DNA of 64,000 nt. Source: Escherichia coli. Lineage in GTDB: Bacteria; Pseudomonadota; Gammaproteobacteria; Enterobacterales; Enterobacteriaceae. The position numbers were made by a program, and so were the translations under genes. Under the pieces are notes generated by a model. It was not told where the DNA came from, searched no databases, and saw nothing but the letters and a program-made list of their open reading frames with translations. Positions 1 to 8,927 of this stretch are shown piece by piece; the first letter of the stretch is position 1, and the number at the start of each line of letters is the position of its first letter. Location: NCBI RefSeq assembly GCF_030013595.1, contig NZ_CP122772.1. The stretch is one strand, 5' to 3'.

Positions 1-1254
1 GTGTCAGGGGGGCTGCTGACGCCGTCCTACCGTAATCAGCTGGCGTTCCTTGATATCTACGGGGACGGGATGGGCAACACCAACTACAACATGGCGGTGA
101 CCGGCACTTCCGGAGCCGGTAAAACCGGTCTGGTTCAGCCTATTCTGCGCAGCGTGCTGGACTCCGGTGGTATCGCCTGGGTGTTTGACATGGGGGACGG
201 CTACAAGTCGTTCTGTGAGAACGTCGGCGGGACATACCTGGACGGCAAGTCACTCAAATTCAACCCGTTTGCCAATATTTCCAACATCAATGAATCCGGG
301 GAACGTATCCGCGATCAGCTGGCGGTACTGGCCAGCCCCAACGGGACGCTGGATGAAGTCCACCACAGCCTGCTGTTGCGCGGGGTTCAGGAGGCCTGGG
401 AAGAACATAAGGAAAAAGCCCGTATTGACCATGTTGTCCAGAAGCTGACGGCTATTCGCGAGCATGATAAATACCAGAAGTCGCCGGGTATCACCAACCG
501 GCTGGATGAGATTATCGAACTACTCGGGAAGTACTGCTCCTGGGGGATTTACGGCGAATATTTCAACAGCAACGAGCCGTCACTGACTGACGATGCCCGC
601 TTTATCGTCCTGGAGCTGGGCGGCCTGCAGGACAAGCCTGATCTGCTGGTTGCGGTGATGTTCTCCCTCATCATCTACATCGAGGACAAGATGTACCGCA
701 CGCCGCGCAGCCTGAAGAAGTGCTGCACCATCGACGAAGGCTGGAAGCTGCTCAACTTCAAAAATGAGAAGGTCGGTCAGTTCATTGAGACCGGCTACCG
801 CACTGTGCGACGTCACCGTGGCGCGTTCATCACCATAAGTCAGAACATCAAGGACTTTGATGCCGATGATGCCTCCGGCGCAGCAAAAGCAGCCTGGGGT
901 AACTCTGCCTTCAAGGTGGTTCTCAAGCAGGATGCGTCGGAATTCAAACAGTACAACCAGAACCGCCCCAACCAGTTCAGTGAGCTGGAGCGCAGCGTTA
1001 TCTCCAAATTCGGGGATGCCAAAGACCAGTGGTTCTCCTCCTTTATGCTGCGCATCAACGATACCTGCAGTTTCCATCGTCTCTTTGTCGATCCGCTCAG
1101 TCGCGCGATGTTCAGTTCAAAGGGCGATGACTTCGAATTTATCCGCCAGTGCCGGGAACAGAACATGGATATCCATGACGCCGTCTACCTGCTGGCACAA
1201 CGCAACTTCCCTGATGAGATGCGCGAACTGGAAGCGCTTGCGGAGGCAGCATGA
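1..1254 (+). CDS. traC: TraC conjugative ATPase (VirB4-like), C-terminal ~417 aa; 5' end lies outside the window
   Basis: Frame open from base 1; translation resembles the F TraC C-terminal region; followed by trbI-traW-traU in F order. Confidence 0.85.
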   Translation: MSGGLLTPSYRNQLAFLDIYGDGMGNTNYNMAVTGTSGAGKTGLVQPILRSVLDSGGIAWVFDMGDGYKSFCENVGGTYLDGKSLKFNPFANISNINESGERIRDQLAVLASPNGTLDEVHHSLLLRGVQEAWEEHKEKARIDHVVQKLTAIREHDKYQKSPGITNRLDEIIELLGKYCSWGIYGEYFNSNEPSLTDDARFIVLELGGLQDKPDLLVAVMFSLIIYIEDKMYRTPRSLKKCCTIDEGWKLLNFKNEKVGQFIETGYRTVRRHRGAFITISQNIKDFDADDASGAAKAAWGNSAFKVVLKQDASEFKQYNQNRPNQFSELERSVISKFGDAKDQWFSSFMLRINDTCSFHRLFVDPLSRAMFSSKGDDFEFIRQCREQNMDIHDAVYLLAQRNFPDEMRELEALAEAA

Positions 1255-1715
1255 CCACAGAGCAAAACCTTAACTCAGCACTGTCTGAATCCTCTGTTTC
1301 TGCTGAGTCAGTCAGAAAAGGGGGGAATATTAATGTTAAAGGGAGCCGGCGGGAGCAACGCCGTCGCCGTTGTCTGCGTAATCTGCTGCTGGTCGCTGCC
1401 ACTGTTCTGTGCGTTAACGCGGCGGTCACGTCTCTGCTGATTAGCTGGCGTACACCGACGGTTGTGTCTTTTGATATGAAGGGCACGGTCGATCAGTTCA
1501 CCGACCAGGCGGGGGCACAGTCCCTGAATGAGGCGCAGATGAGCGTCCTGACAGAACGCTTTATGCAGACACTTAGCACAGAACTTCAGGAATACCAGCG
1601 CGATCACAACGTCCTTATCCTGGTGACGCCGGCGGTGGTCAGCGGTGCGGCAGACATTACCGGTGAAATTCAGTCTGCAGTGGCACAAAAAATGGCCGCC
1701 GGAGGGGGGCAGTAA
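1251..1715 (+). CDS. trbI: TrbI-like inner-membrane transfer protein
   Basis: 154-aa ORF with a single hydrophobic segment and a C-terminal '...ILVTPAVVSGAADITGEIQ' region resembling F TrbI; 4-bp overlap with traC stop; F gene order. Confidence 0.75.
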   Translation: MTTEQNLNSALSESSVSAESVRKGGNINVKGSRREQRRRRCLRNLLLVAATVLCVNAAVTSLLISWRTPTVVSFDMKGTVDQFTDQAGAQSLNEAQMSVLTERFMQTLSTELQEYQRDHNVLILVTPAVVSGAADITGEIQSAVAQKMAAGGGQ

Positions 1716-2350
1716 TGTACCGACGTCTGCTCATACTGCTTGCCCTGTCCGGCATGGTACAGGCAAAAAACCTGGGTACATGGGGGGAGATGTACCCCAT
1801 TGCCGAGCAGGACATGCTGACCACCATTCAGACCCGGCTGAAAGCAATGGAGGCCAGTGGTGAGATGGGCCGGGAGCAGGAAGCATTCAAACAGCGTGTC
1901 ATAGAAAACACCCTGCGTCCTAAGCCGGTGGAAGGGCTGACGTTGGCGCAGGAAAACACCACGCACTATATCGATCCATCGCTGACGGTCAGTGAAGATC
2001 TGAAAGACCATCAGGGGCGGGTGTTTGCCCGTAAGGGACAGGTGATTAATCCGCTTGATACGGTGCCCTTTACCGACACGCTGTATTTTATTGATGCGGA
2101 TAATCCGCAGCAGCTGGCGTGGATGAAGAAGCAGAATCCCGGCACGCTGACGTACCGCGTCATACTGGTCAATGGGGATGTTCGAGAAGCGACCAATGCC
2201 CTGAATACACGCATTTACTTCGATCAGGATGGCTCGCTCAGCCGGAAGTTTGAACTCAAAACCATCCCGGCCCGTGTGACGCTGGCGGAAGATCGTCGCC
2301 GTCTGCGGGTGGATTCGTTTGCACTGGATGTGCCGGAGGTGAAGCCATGA
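1715..2350 (+). CDS. traW: TraW pilus assembly protein
   Basis: 211-aa ORF with signal peptide; position between trbI and traU; translational coupling (overlapping start/stop). Confidence 0.8.
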   Translation: MYRRLLILLALSGMVQAKNLGTWGEMYPIAEQDMLTTIQTRLKAMEASGEMGREQEAFKQRVIENTLRPKPVEGLTLAQENTTHYIDPSLTVSEDLKDHQGRVFARKGQVINPLDTVPFTDTLYFIDADNPQQLAWMKKQNPGTLTYRVILVNGDVREATNALNTRIYFDQDGSLSRKFELKTIPARVTLAEDRRRLRVDSFALDVPEVKP

Positions 2351-3333
2351 ACCGTTATGTAACAGGACTGGCGCTGATGTTGTTATGCCTGACCGGTACG
2401 GCCAGAGCCGCTTCGGCTGAATGTGAAGGTAATTTTGTTAATCCTATCACCGATATCTGCTGGGAGTGTATTTTTCCGGTAACCATTGGCAATGTTCCGG
2501 TCGCCAAAGGACGTCAGCCGGATACGCCGAATCCTTCCATGCCGATCCAGTTTTGCCCGATGGGCATTTTATACCGGGTGGGGCTGGCCATTGGTTACTG
2601 GGAGCCGATGGCGCTGACGGATGTGACACGCTCCCCTTACTGCATGGTGAATCTGGGGGGCTTTAATATCAATATTGGTAATGTGGGCAGCGGCAGTGGT
2701 GGTCAGGAAAGCCGCGCCAAACCGGGGGCCTTCTACCATGTTCACTGGTACAAATACCCGCTCACCTACTGGCTGAACATTATCACGTCGATGGGCTGCC
2801 TGCAGGGTGGCGACCTGGATATTGGTTATCTGTCGGAACTTGATCCCATGTGGGACAGCAGCTCTCTCAGCATGATTATCCAGCCGGAAGCGATTCTCTT
2901 TGGCAACATCATCGCCCAGGGAGCCTGTGCCGCTGATGCCGTGGCCAGTCTGGTGAGTAAACCCATCGACGCCCTTTTCTGGTGTGCCGGCAGTCAGGGC
3001 AGTATGTACCCGTTTAACGGCTATGTTTCTAACGAATTCAGTCCGTTACAGACGTCACTGTTACTCAGTGAGCGCATGGCGTTCAAGCTTCACCGCCAGG
3101 GCATGATCATGAACAGCATCGGTGAAAACAGGGCTGTCTGCTTTGAATATCCATCCCCGATCATCCCTAAAAGCCGCTGGCGATATCACATGGTCAACAA
3201 GTATCCCGATGCCGGACAGTGTCATCCGCTGGGGCGTAGCGTAACCCGCTGGGAAGCGGGCAAGAACATGCCCAATGACCGGCGTAACTTTGGGTATCTC
3301 TTCTGGCGTAAGCGCAACTGCGTCTTTCTGTAA
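2347..3333 (+). CDS. traU: TraU pilus assembly/DNA transfer protein
   Basis: 328-aa ORF with signal peptide and cysteine-rich periplasmic domain; F order. Confidence 0.85.
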   Translation: MNRYVTGLALMLLCLTGTARAASAECEGNFVNPITDICWECIFPVTIGNVPVAKGRQPDTPNPSMPIQFCPMGILYRVGLAIGYWEPMALTDVTRSPYCMVNLGGFNINIGNVGSGSGGQESRAKPGAFYHVHWYKYPLTYWLNIITSMGCLQGGDLDIGYLSELDPMWDSSSLSMIIQPEAILFGNIIAQGACAADAVASLVSKPIDALFWCAGSQGSMYPFNGYVSNEFSPLQTSLLLSERMAFKLHRQGMIMNSIGENRAVCFEYPSPIIPKSRWRYHMVNKYPDAGQCHPLGRSVTRWEAGKNMPNDRRNFGYLFWRKRNCVFL

Positions 3334-3343
3334 GGAGCACAGT

Positions 3344-3712
3344 ATGCTCGTGAGTAAAAAAAAGTATGACTTTCTGCTCGCCCGCTACGAACAGGCCGCC
3401 TCCCGTGCTGACCTGCTGGAGCGTCAGCAGGCAGAGCTGAACGGCGCGCTACAGAAAAATGGCGGGCCGTTCAAATGTATTCTGGAGTGCCGGGAAGCGG
3501 CGATAGCGCTGTCATCGTCAGGTAGTGAACAGGTATGGCTGACACTGGAGCGTCTGGCGTTTGTGGACAGATGGATAAGCGGTCTGCTTCCGGTACTGAG
3601 ACGGCAGATGTCAGTCCGGGAACGACGCATGTGGGAGGAGATGCTGGACATTCGTTCTGCGGATCGCGCCTACGGTATGGCACACCGCCCGTCACAGGAG
3701 GAAACGCGATGA
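3344..3712 (+). CDS. hypothetical protein between traU and trbC (~122 aa)
   Basis: ATG at 3344 preceded by AAGGAG (3332-3337); stop overlaps the trbC start (ATGA at 3709-3712); no equivalent in the canonical F map as far as I recall. Confidence 0.55.
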   Translation: MLVSKKKYDFLLARYEQAASRADLLERQQAELNGALQKNGGPFKCILECREAAIALSSSGSEQVWLTLERLAFVDRWISGLLPVLRRQMSVRERRMWEEMLDIRSADRAYGMAHRPSQEETR

Positions 3713-4389
3713 AACGAGTAATGGTATCGCTGGCCCTGCTTCTGGTCAGCGGGGGCGGCATGGCGAATAATCATACGGAGAACCGTCAGTTTATCCATGA
3801 GCAGCTGCAACTGGACCGTCAGCGATTTCAGTCTCTGCAAACCCCGGAATTCCTGAAACAGACCCGTCCGGTGGCACCGCAGGAGCAGTCGTTTCTCGAC
3901 GCGCAGGCACAGCAGTTCCGGCAATCCATGCAGCCCGGGGAACGCCCGGTGAATGCGGCCCTGGTGTTTGTGTCCTTCTCGATGCCGGCGGAGGAGTTGA
4001 AGCAGCGTGTAAAGGATGCGGCACAACTCAATATTCCGGTGGTTATCCGGGGAATGGTTAACGGCGATATGCGGGCGACGGCTAATGCCGTTGCCGGTCT
4101 TGTGAAAGAGAGCAATACCGGTGGGGTACAGATAGATCCGACGACGTTTCGTAAATACAACATTACCGCCGTGCCGGTGCTGGTTGTAGCCTGTGGTAAT
4201 CAGGGTGAGAAAGTCGATCGTCTGCAGGGGGATCTTACGCTGCATCAGGCCCTGAAGCGGGTGGCAGAAGAGGGCGACTGTGCTGACACCGCCAGGAGCC
4301 TGCTTGGCGAGGGGGGGAATGAAACGATACATTCCTTTACTGATGCTGGCGGTATCTTTCTGCCTGGTACAACCGCTTGTTGCAAATGA
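3709..4389 (+). CDS. trbC: TrbC-like periplasmic transfer protein
   Basis: ATG at 3709 giving an N-terminal signal peptide (MKRVMVSLALLLVSGGGMA); position between traU and traN. The 3' end overlaps the likely traN start by ~70 bp, so the exact stop is uncertain. Confidence 0.7.
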   Translation: MKRVMVSLALLLVSGGGMANNHTENRQFIHEQLQLDRQRFQSLQTPEFLKQTRPVAPQEQSFLDAQAQQFRQSMQPGERPVNAALVFVSFSMPAEELKQRVKDAAQLNIPVVIRGMVNGDMRATANAVAGLVKESNTGGVQIDPTTFRKYNITAVPVLVVACGNQGEKVDRLQGDLTLHQALKRVAEEGDCADTARSLLGEGGNETIHSFTDAGGIFLPGTTACCK

Positions 4390-6157
4390 GCAGTTTAACC
4401 AGGGAATGAATCTGAGTAGCCAGAATAAGGGACAGGGGGCCAGTGCCATTCAGGGGTTTAATCCTGCGGAGGTCATCCCGGGTTATACCAACTCCCCTCC
4501 TGAAAGCGGGTATTACGGTGGCGTGACCTCCTCTGGCGTCGATATGACCGCCCCGGGTTCAGCAGCGCTGAACACATCTGAAGCGGGTAAAATAATCACG
4601 GAGTCCATTCTCAATACGCCGCCGGATAACAAGCCGTCGCTGGATGCACCATTTATTTCTGAAGGGCTGGCCATGAAGGACAAGGCCGAGACCATTACTG
4701 GTGGAGGGTTTGCCGGCTGCGTGGACCAGCCTGCCAGTTTTACCGAAACCACCACGCATCAGTGCTTGCGTGATCCGAAGATAGAGCAATACTGCACGCG
4801 AACCGCGACAATCACAGGCCACTATGAGGATACGACAGAAATCAAACAGATAGTGATTGAATCTTCCTCGATTCGGTTCACTGAAAAGAACAATTCTTTT
4901 TCTGGTGAATTTAAGGTCAGCACTGGAGGGAAAGTGATCGCTGCCAGCGCGGTTTACTCCTGGAATAAGAAACTTGCTTACGGCAACGATCACTGGTTCA
5001 TGAGAGTGACCACGCCATTTGGTTTAATTTCAATGGATGATTCTGAGGGGAGCGTCACGCTGAGTTCCGGGCTGAATATAACAGATGGGCAGTCATTGCC
5101 GTTTTCCATAACGAATAGACGCAACAAACCTACAGTGTCTTCCATCTGGTATAGCTCAAATATGAAGTACCGTTTCACCATTACGCTGACGATTCAGGTT
5201 CCTTCCAGAAAATGGGTACCTGAGGTTGTCTGGACAGAAAGCTGCCCGTTCAGCAAGTCTGAAGGTGCAATGACCGGATCTCAGTGTGTAGAGCCAGGAG
5301 GCACCCGGACCGTCGTTGTTGACGGAAAAACCTACAGCATCCACCAGGACTGCTGGAAGTGGCAGGACACATATCTGACACAGACCGAAACTGAGGGAAC
5401 CTGCGGTGAGTATATGAAGAACCCTGCCTGTACGGTTGTACGAAGTCAGTGTGCCGATACGGTGGATGGTTTTTGTGTCAGCCAGCAGGTCACCTACTCC
5501 TGTGAGCGTAAAAAAGAGGGAAACGGCCAGATTTGCGGCGGGGAGTTCTTCTGCAAAGACGGCAGTTGTGCCCAGGCGCAGACAGGGACCAGCAATATGT
5601 TTGGTCAGGCAGTGTCAGCGCTGGCGGCAGTGGCTGCTGCCGGAGAGGATGTGGCGGAACTGAACGGCGAGAATGTCAGGGCATTCACTGGCGAAGCCAA
5701 ATCCTGCAAGAAGTTTGCTGCCGGGTTTAACAATTGCTGTAAGGATTCTGGCTGGGGCCAGGATATCGGGCTGTCCAGTTGCAGCAGTGATGAAAAGGCA
5801 CTGGGTAAGGCTAAAGAGAAAAAACTGACGGTCTATGTAGGGGAATACTGCAGCAAAAAAGTGCTGGGGGTATGTCTGGAGAAGAAACGCGGTTACTGCG
5901 TATTTGACTCCAAACTGGCACGCATTGTCCAGGAGCAGGGACGCCGTGGCCAGCTGGGCATTGGTTTCGGCAGTGGCAAATCTCCGGACTGTCGGGGCAT
6001 CACAGTGGATGAACTGCAGAAGCTGGACTTTGGCGTGATGAACTTCAGCGATTTCTATGATGATCTTAATGCCGGTAGCGATATCCCGGAAGACCAGGCC
6101 TTGCTGAAGAAAGCACAGGACATTATCGCTGAAAAGATGAAGGAGAATGCGCCATGA
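4319..6157 (+). CDS. traN: TraN outer-membrane mating-pair stabilisation protein
   Basis: Signal peptide starting at MKRYIPLLMLAVSF (ATG 4319), large cysteine-rich protein (~612 aa), F order. Confidence 0.85.
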   Translation: MKRYIPLLMLAVSFCLVQPLVANEQFNQGMNLSSQNKGQGASAIQGFNPAEVIPGYTNSPPESGYYGGVTSSGVDMTAPGSAALNTSEAGKIITESILNTPPDNKPSLDAPFISEGLAMKDKAETITGGGFAGCVDQPASFTETTTHQCLRDPKIEQYCTRTATITGHYEDTTEIKQIVIESSSIRFTEKNNSFSGEFKVSTGGKVIAASAVYSWNKKLAYGNDHWFMRVTTPFGLISMDDSEGSVTLSSGLNITDGQSLPFSITNRRNKPTVSSIWYSSNMKYRFTITLTIQVPSRKWVPEVVWTESCPFSKSEGAMTGSQCVEPGGTRTVVVDGKTYSIHQDCWKWQDTYLTQTETEGTCGEYMKNPACTVVRSQCADTVDGFCVSQQVTYSCERKKEGNGQICGGEFFCKDGSCAQAQTGTSNMFGQAVSALAAVAAAGEDVAELNGENVRAFTGEAKSCKKFAAGFNNCCKDSGWGQDIGLSSCSSDEKALGKAKEKKLTVYVGEYCSKKVLGVCLEKKRGYCVFDSKLARIVQEQGRRGQLGIGFGSGKSPDCRGITVDELQKLDFGVMNFSDFYDDLNAGSDIPEDQALLKKAQDIIAEKMKENAP

Positions 6158-6933
6158 GAGCTGTCGCCGGTGTGCTTGTTCTTCTTGCCACTGCATCACT
6201 GCATGCGGCTCCCGACGATGTACTGGTCCCCAACTATGCCCGGGAAGAAGGCTGGCAGTGGTACAACCCGAATGCGGAAGAGATTCAACCGGAGCCTGCG
6301 CCAGAGCCGACCCTTCAGGAACGTCTGGCCAGCATGACGCCATCTGAACAGAAAAAGATCCTGCAGCAGGCGACCCGTGAAGCGCTGGATACGGCCATTC
6401 TGTATCCGTCAGCGGAGAATTTCCGTCGTTTTATGATACTCCAGAACTTCTGGACTGACCGGGCGACTGATTTTACTCAGACATCAAAGCTGGCACGCCT
6501 GAAATATCCGGAGCTTGACTACAACGTGAAGCGCAGTCATTACAACGGCTCGGTGGAAGCGCGTCTTACCGAAGAGAGGAAGGTTCAGAATGCCGTCATC
6601 CGGCAGGTAGCTCAGCGCTACGGTCTGTTCTTCTTCTACCGGGGGAATAATGCCGTCGACAACCTGATGGCCGGTGTCATCCGCGCGTTCTGCGAAGACC
6701 GGGGCATTACACTTATGGCCGTGAGTGTGGACGGTAAAATCAGCGACCAGCTGCCGCAGAGCCGTCCGGACAGCGGGCAGGCTGAGCAGATGCGCGCCAC
6801 ACATTTCCCCGCGACCTTCCTGGTCGATCCGAAAACGCACCAGTGGCAGCCTCTTGCATGGGGATTTATGAGCCACGATGACCTGGACCGCCAGATGGTC
6901 AACGTTCTTACCCATTTTAAACCTGACTACTGA
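6154..6933 (+). CDS. traF: TraF thioredoxin-fold pilus assembly protein
   Basis: 259-aa ORF with signal peptide; overlaps traN stop; resembles F TraF. Confidence 0.85.
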   Translation: MRAVAGVLVLLATASLHAAPDDVLVPNYAREEGWQWYNPNAEEIQPEPAPEPTLQERLASMTPSEQKKILQQATREALDTAILYPSAENFRRFMILQNFWTDRATDFTQTSKLARLKYPELDYNVKRSHYNGSVEARLTEERKVQNAVIRQVAQRYGLFFFYRGNNAVDNLMAGVIRAFCEDRGITLMAVSVDGKISDQLPQSRPDSGQAEQMRATHFPATFLVDPKTHQWQPLAWGFMSHDDLDRQMVNVLTHFKPDY

Positions 6934-6956
6934 TAACGCCTGTTCTGAGGTAATTC

Positions 6957-7559
6957 ATGCTTATTCTCGTATTGCGAACCGCCATTCTGATGGCGGCGAT
7001 GCTGTCCGGTTGTCTGCAGGCCGGGACACTGGATGATATCCGTGCACTGGAAGCCGGAAAAAACGGACGTAGCGCACCTGCACTGGATGGGGTGCGTCTT
7101 CCTGAGAGCAACACACCACCGTCACCTGGACTCAGCGAAAAGACGTCGCCCGTCTGGTATCCGCTGAGTGACGGGCGGCGGGTGGATTTGCAGGACTGGA
7201 AACTGGTGCTGTTTATGCAGTCGACCTGTCAGTACTGTCGCCAGTTTGCGCCGGTGCTGAAATCACTGTCGCAGCAGAGCGGTCTCAGTGTCTTCCCTGT
7301 AAGCCTTGACGGAAAAGGTGATGCCGAATTTCCCGATGTGCTTCCGGCCACCCCGGATGTGATGGTGGAGTTTTTCCAGAGCGGCGTGCCGGTAGCCACC
7401 CCAACCACGTTTCTGACCAACGTTAATACGATGGAAACCTGGCCTCTGCTGCAGGGTGCCGCAGAGGCCGGAGAGGTCCGTAAACGTCTCGATGACGTGT
7501 TCCGTATGGCCCTGGATCGTCAGGCCGGGAAATCCCTTCAGGCTCATTCTCAGGAATAA
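6957..7559 (+). CDS. trbB: TrbB-like periplasmic thiol-disulfide isomerase
   Basis: Thioredoxin-like ORF with a CxxC motif (STCQYCRQFAP); position after traF. Confidence 0.7.
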   Translation: MLILVLRTAILMAAMLSGCLQAGTLDDIRALEAGKNGRSAPALDGVRLPESNTPPSPGLSEKTSPVWYPLSDGRRVDLQDWKLVLFMQSTCQYCRQFAPVLKSLSQQSGLSVFPVSLDGKGDAEFPDVLPATPDVMVEFFQSGVPVATPTTFLTNVNTMETWPLLQGAAEAGEVRKRLDDVFRMALDRQAGKSLQAHSQE

Positions 7560-7564
7560 CAATA

Positions 7565-8926
7565 ATGCGACTGAAACCGCTTTGCCTGGCGTTTGCGCTG
7601 GGCCTGTACAGTGCAGGAACGGCACAGGCCGGGCTGCAGGATGACATGAATTCGTTTTTCAACAATATGAGTTATGCCAGTAACTCCACCTCGGCGAAAG
7701 CCTGGCAGGGACAGGCGGCACGCTATGTAACCGGCGGTTCGTTCTATGCCCGCACAGGAAACAAAAATATCCAGCTGATATCCATCAGCCTGCCGTCCAT
7801 CAACGCCGGATGTGGCGGGATTGATGTCTATCTTGGGTCTTTCTCCTTTATTAACTCCGACCAGATTATGGCGTTTGTGAAACAGACGATGGCTAACGCG
7901 GCGGGGTACTTTTTCGACCTTGCACTGGAAACTACCGTGCCTGAGTTGAAAGCGGCAAAAGACTTCCTGCAGAAGATGGCTGCTGACCTTAACCGTTTCA
8001 ATATGTCCAGCTGTCAGGCGGCAAAAGCGATGGTCGACAGCGTGGCGTCGCTGTGGGGGGAAAGTCAGCAGAACGTCTGCCAGTCTGTCGCCGGTCAGAA
8101 TAACGTGTTCTCGGACTGGGTCTCCTCCCGTCAGGGCTGCACATCCGGCGGGAAATACGAAAGCGTCACGAACAAGGCTACCGGCGCAGAAAAAGATCAG
8201 GTTCTGAAGGATATCAACCTGATGTGGGATGCTCTCAGCAACAGTACGCTCAGCAGCAATGCAGAGTTACGCCAGTTTGCCATGAGCATCAGCGGTTCGG
8301 TGATTTTCGGCAGTAACGGGGAAATGCGAATCCTGTCTTCTCTGGCATCAGACCGCAGCCTGTTGAGTGCGATGATGAGTGGTGGCAGCGCCAAAGTGTA
8401 CGTCTGTGATAACCAGAACAAATGTCTGTCACCCTCCCTGAATAACGTGACCATTTCGGAGTCAAAATCTCTGATCCGCATGGTGCGGGACACGCTGACC
8501 AGCATAGAAAATAAAGCCATTACGGACACACCATTGACGGAGAGAGAGAAGCAGTTCATCAACAGCACCTCCATTCCCATCCTGTCCTGGATAGTGGATC
8601 AGTCATCCCTGAGTGTTTCGCAGTCCCTGTTTGCTCAGCTGACGGATTACATCGCCGTCGATATTTATCTGCAGTATCTGGAAGCTGTCATGAAGGTGGT
8701 CAATGGTTCACTGGCTACCAAAGACTATCCGGGGGCCAATATGAATGAACTGAAAAATGGCCTGGCAGATGCGCGCCAGGCGCTCAACTCACTGCGAATG
8801 GAGGTTCAGATTAAGGAAAATGCGCTTATTTCTGCACAACAGCAAATCCGTTTTATCCGCCAGCAGGTCTCCTCAAAAATGAGCGATCGCGTACTCGGTA
8901 ACTATCAGTTCAGCAGGGTGAATTAA
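7565..8926 (+). CDS. traH: TraH pilus assembly protein
   Basis: 453-aa ORF with signal peptide; F order. Confidence 0.85.
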   Translation: MRLKPLCLAFALGLYSAGTAQAGLQDDMNSFFNNMSYASNSTSAKAWQGQAARYVTGGSFYARTGNKNIQLISISLPSINAGCGGIDVYLGSFSFINSDQIMAFVKQTMANAAGYFFDLALETTVPELKAAKDFLQKMAADLNRFNMSSCQAAKAMVDSVASLWGESQQNVCQSVAGQNNVFSDWVSSRQGCTSGGKYESVTNKATGAEKDQVLKDINLMWDALSNSTLSSNAELRQFAMSISGSVIFGSNGEMRILSSLASDRSLLSAMMSGGSAKVYVCDNQNKCLSPSLNNVTISESKSLIRMVRDTLTSIENKAITDTPLTEREKQFINSTSIPILSWIVDQSSLSVSQSLFAQLTDYIAVDIYLQYLEAVMKVVNGSLATKDYPGANMNELKNGLADARQALNSLRMEVQIKENALISAQQQIRFIRQQVSSKMSDRVLGNYQFSRVN

Positions 8927-8927
8927 T

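Noticed and set aside
3670-4449. 259-aa minus-strand ORF antisense to trbC/traN
   Set aside because: Antisense to two coupled tra genes with signal peptides; no RBS or motif support.
5615-6343. 242-aa minus-strand ORF antisense to traN/traF
   Set aside because: Overlaps well-supported plus-strand genes; likely a spurious long reverse ORF.
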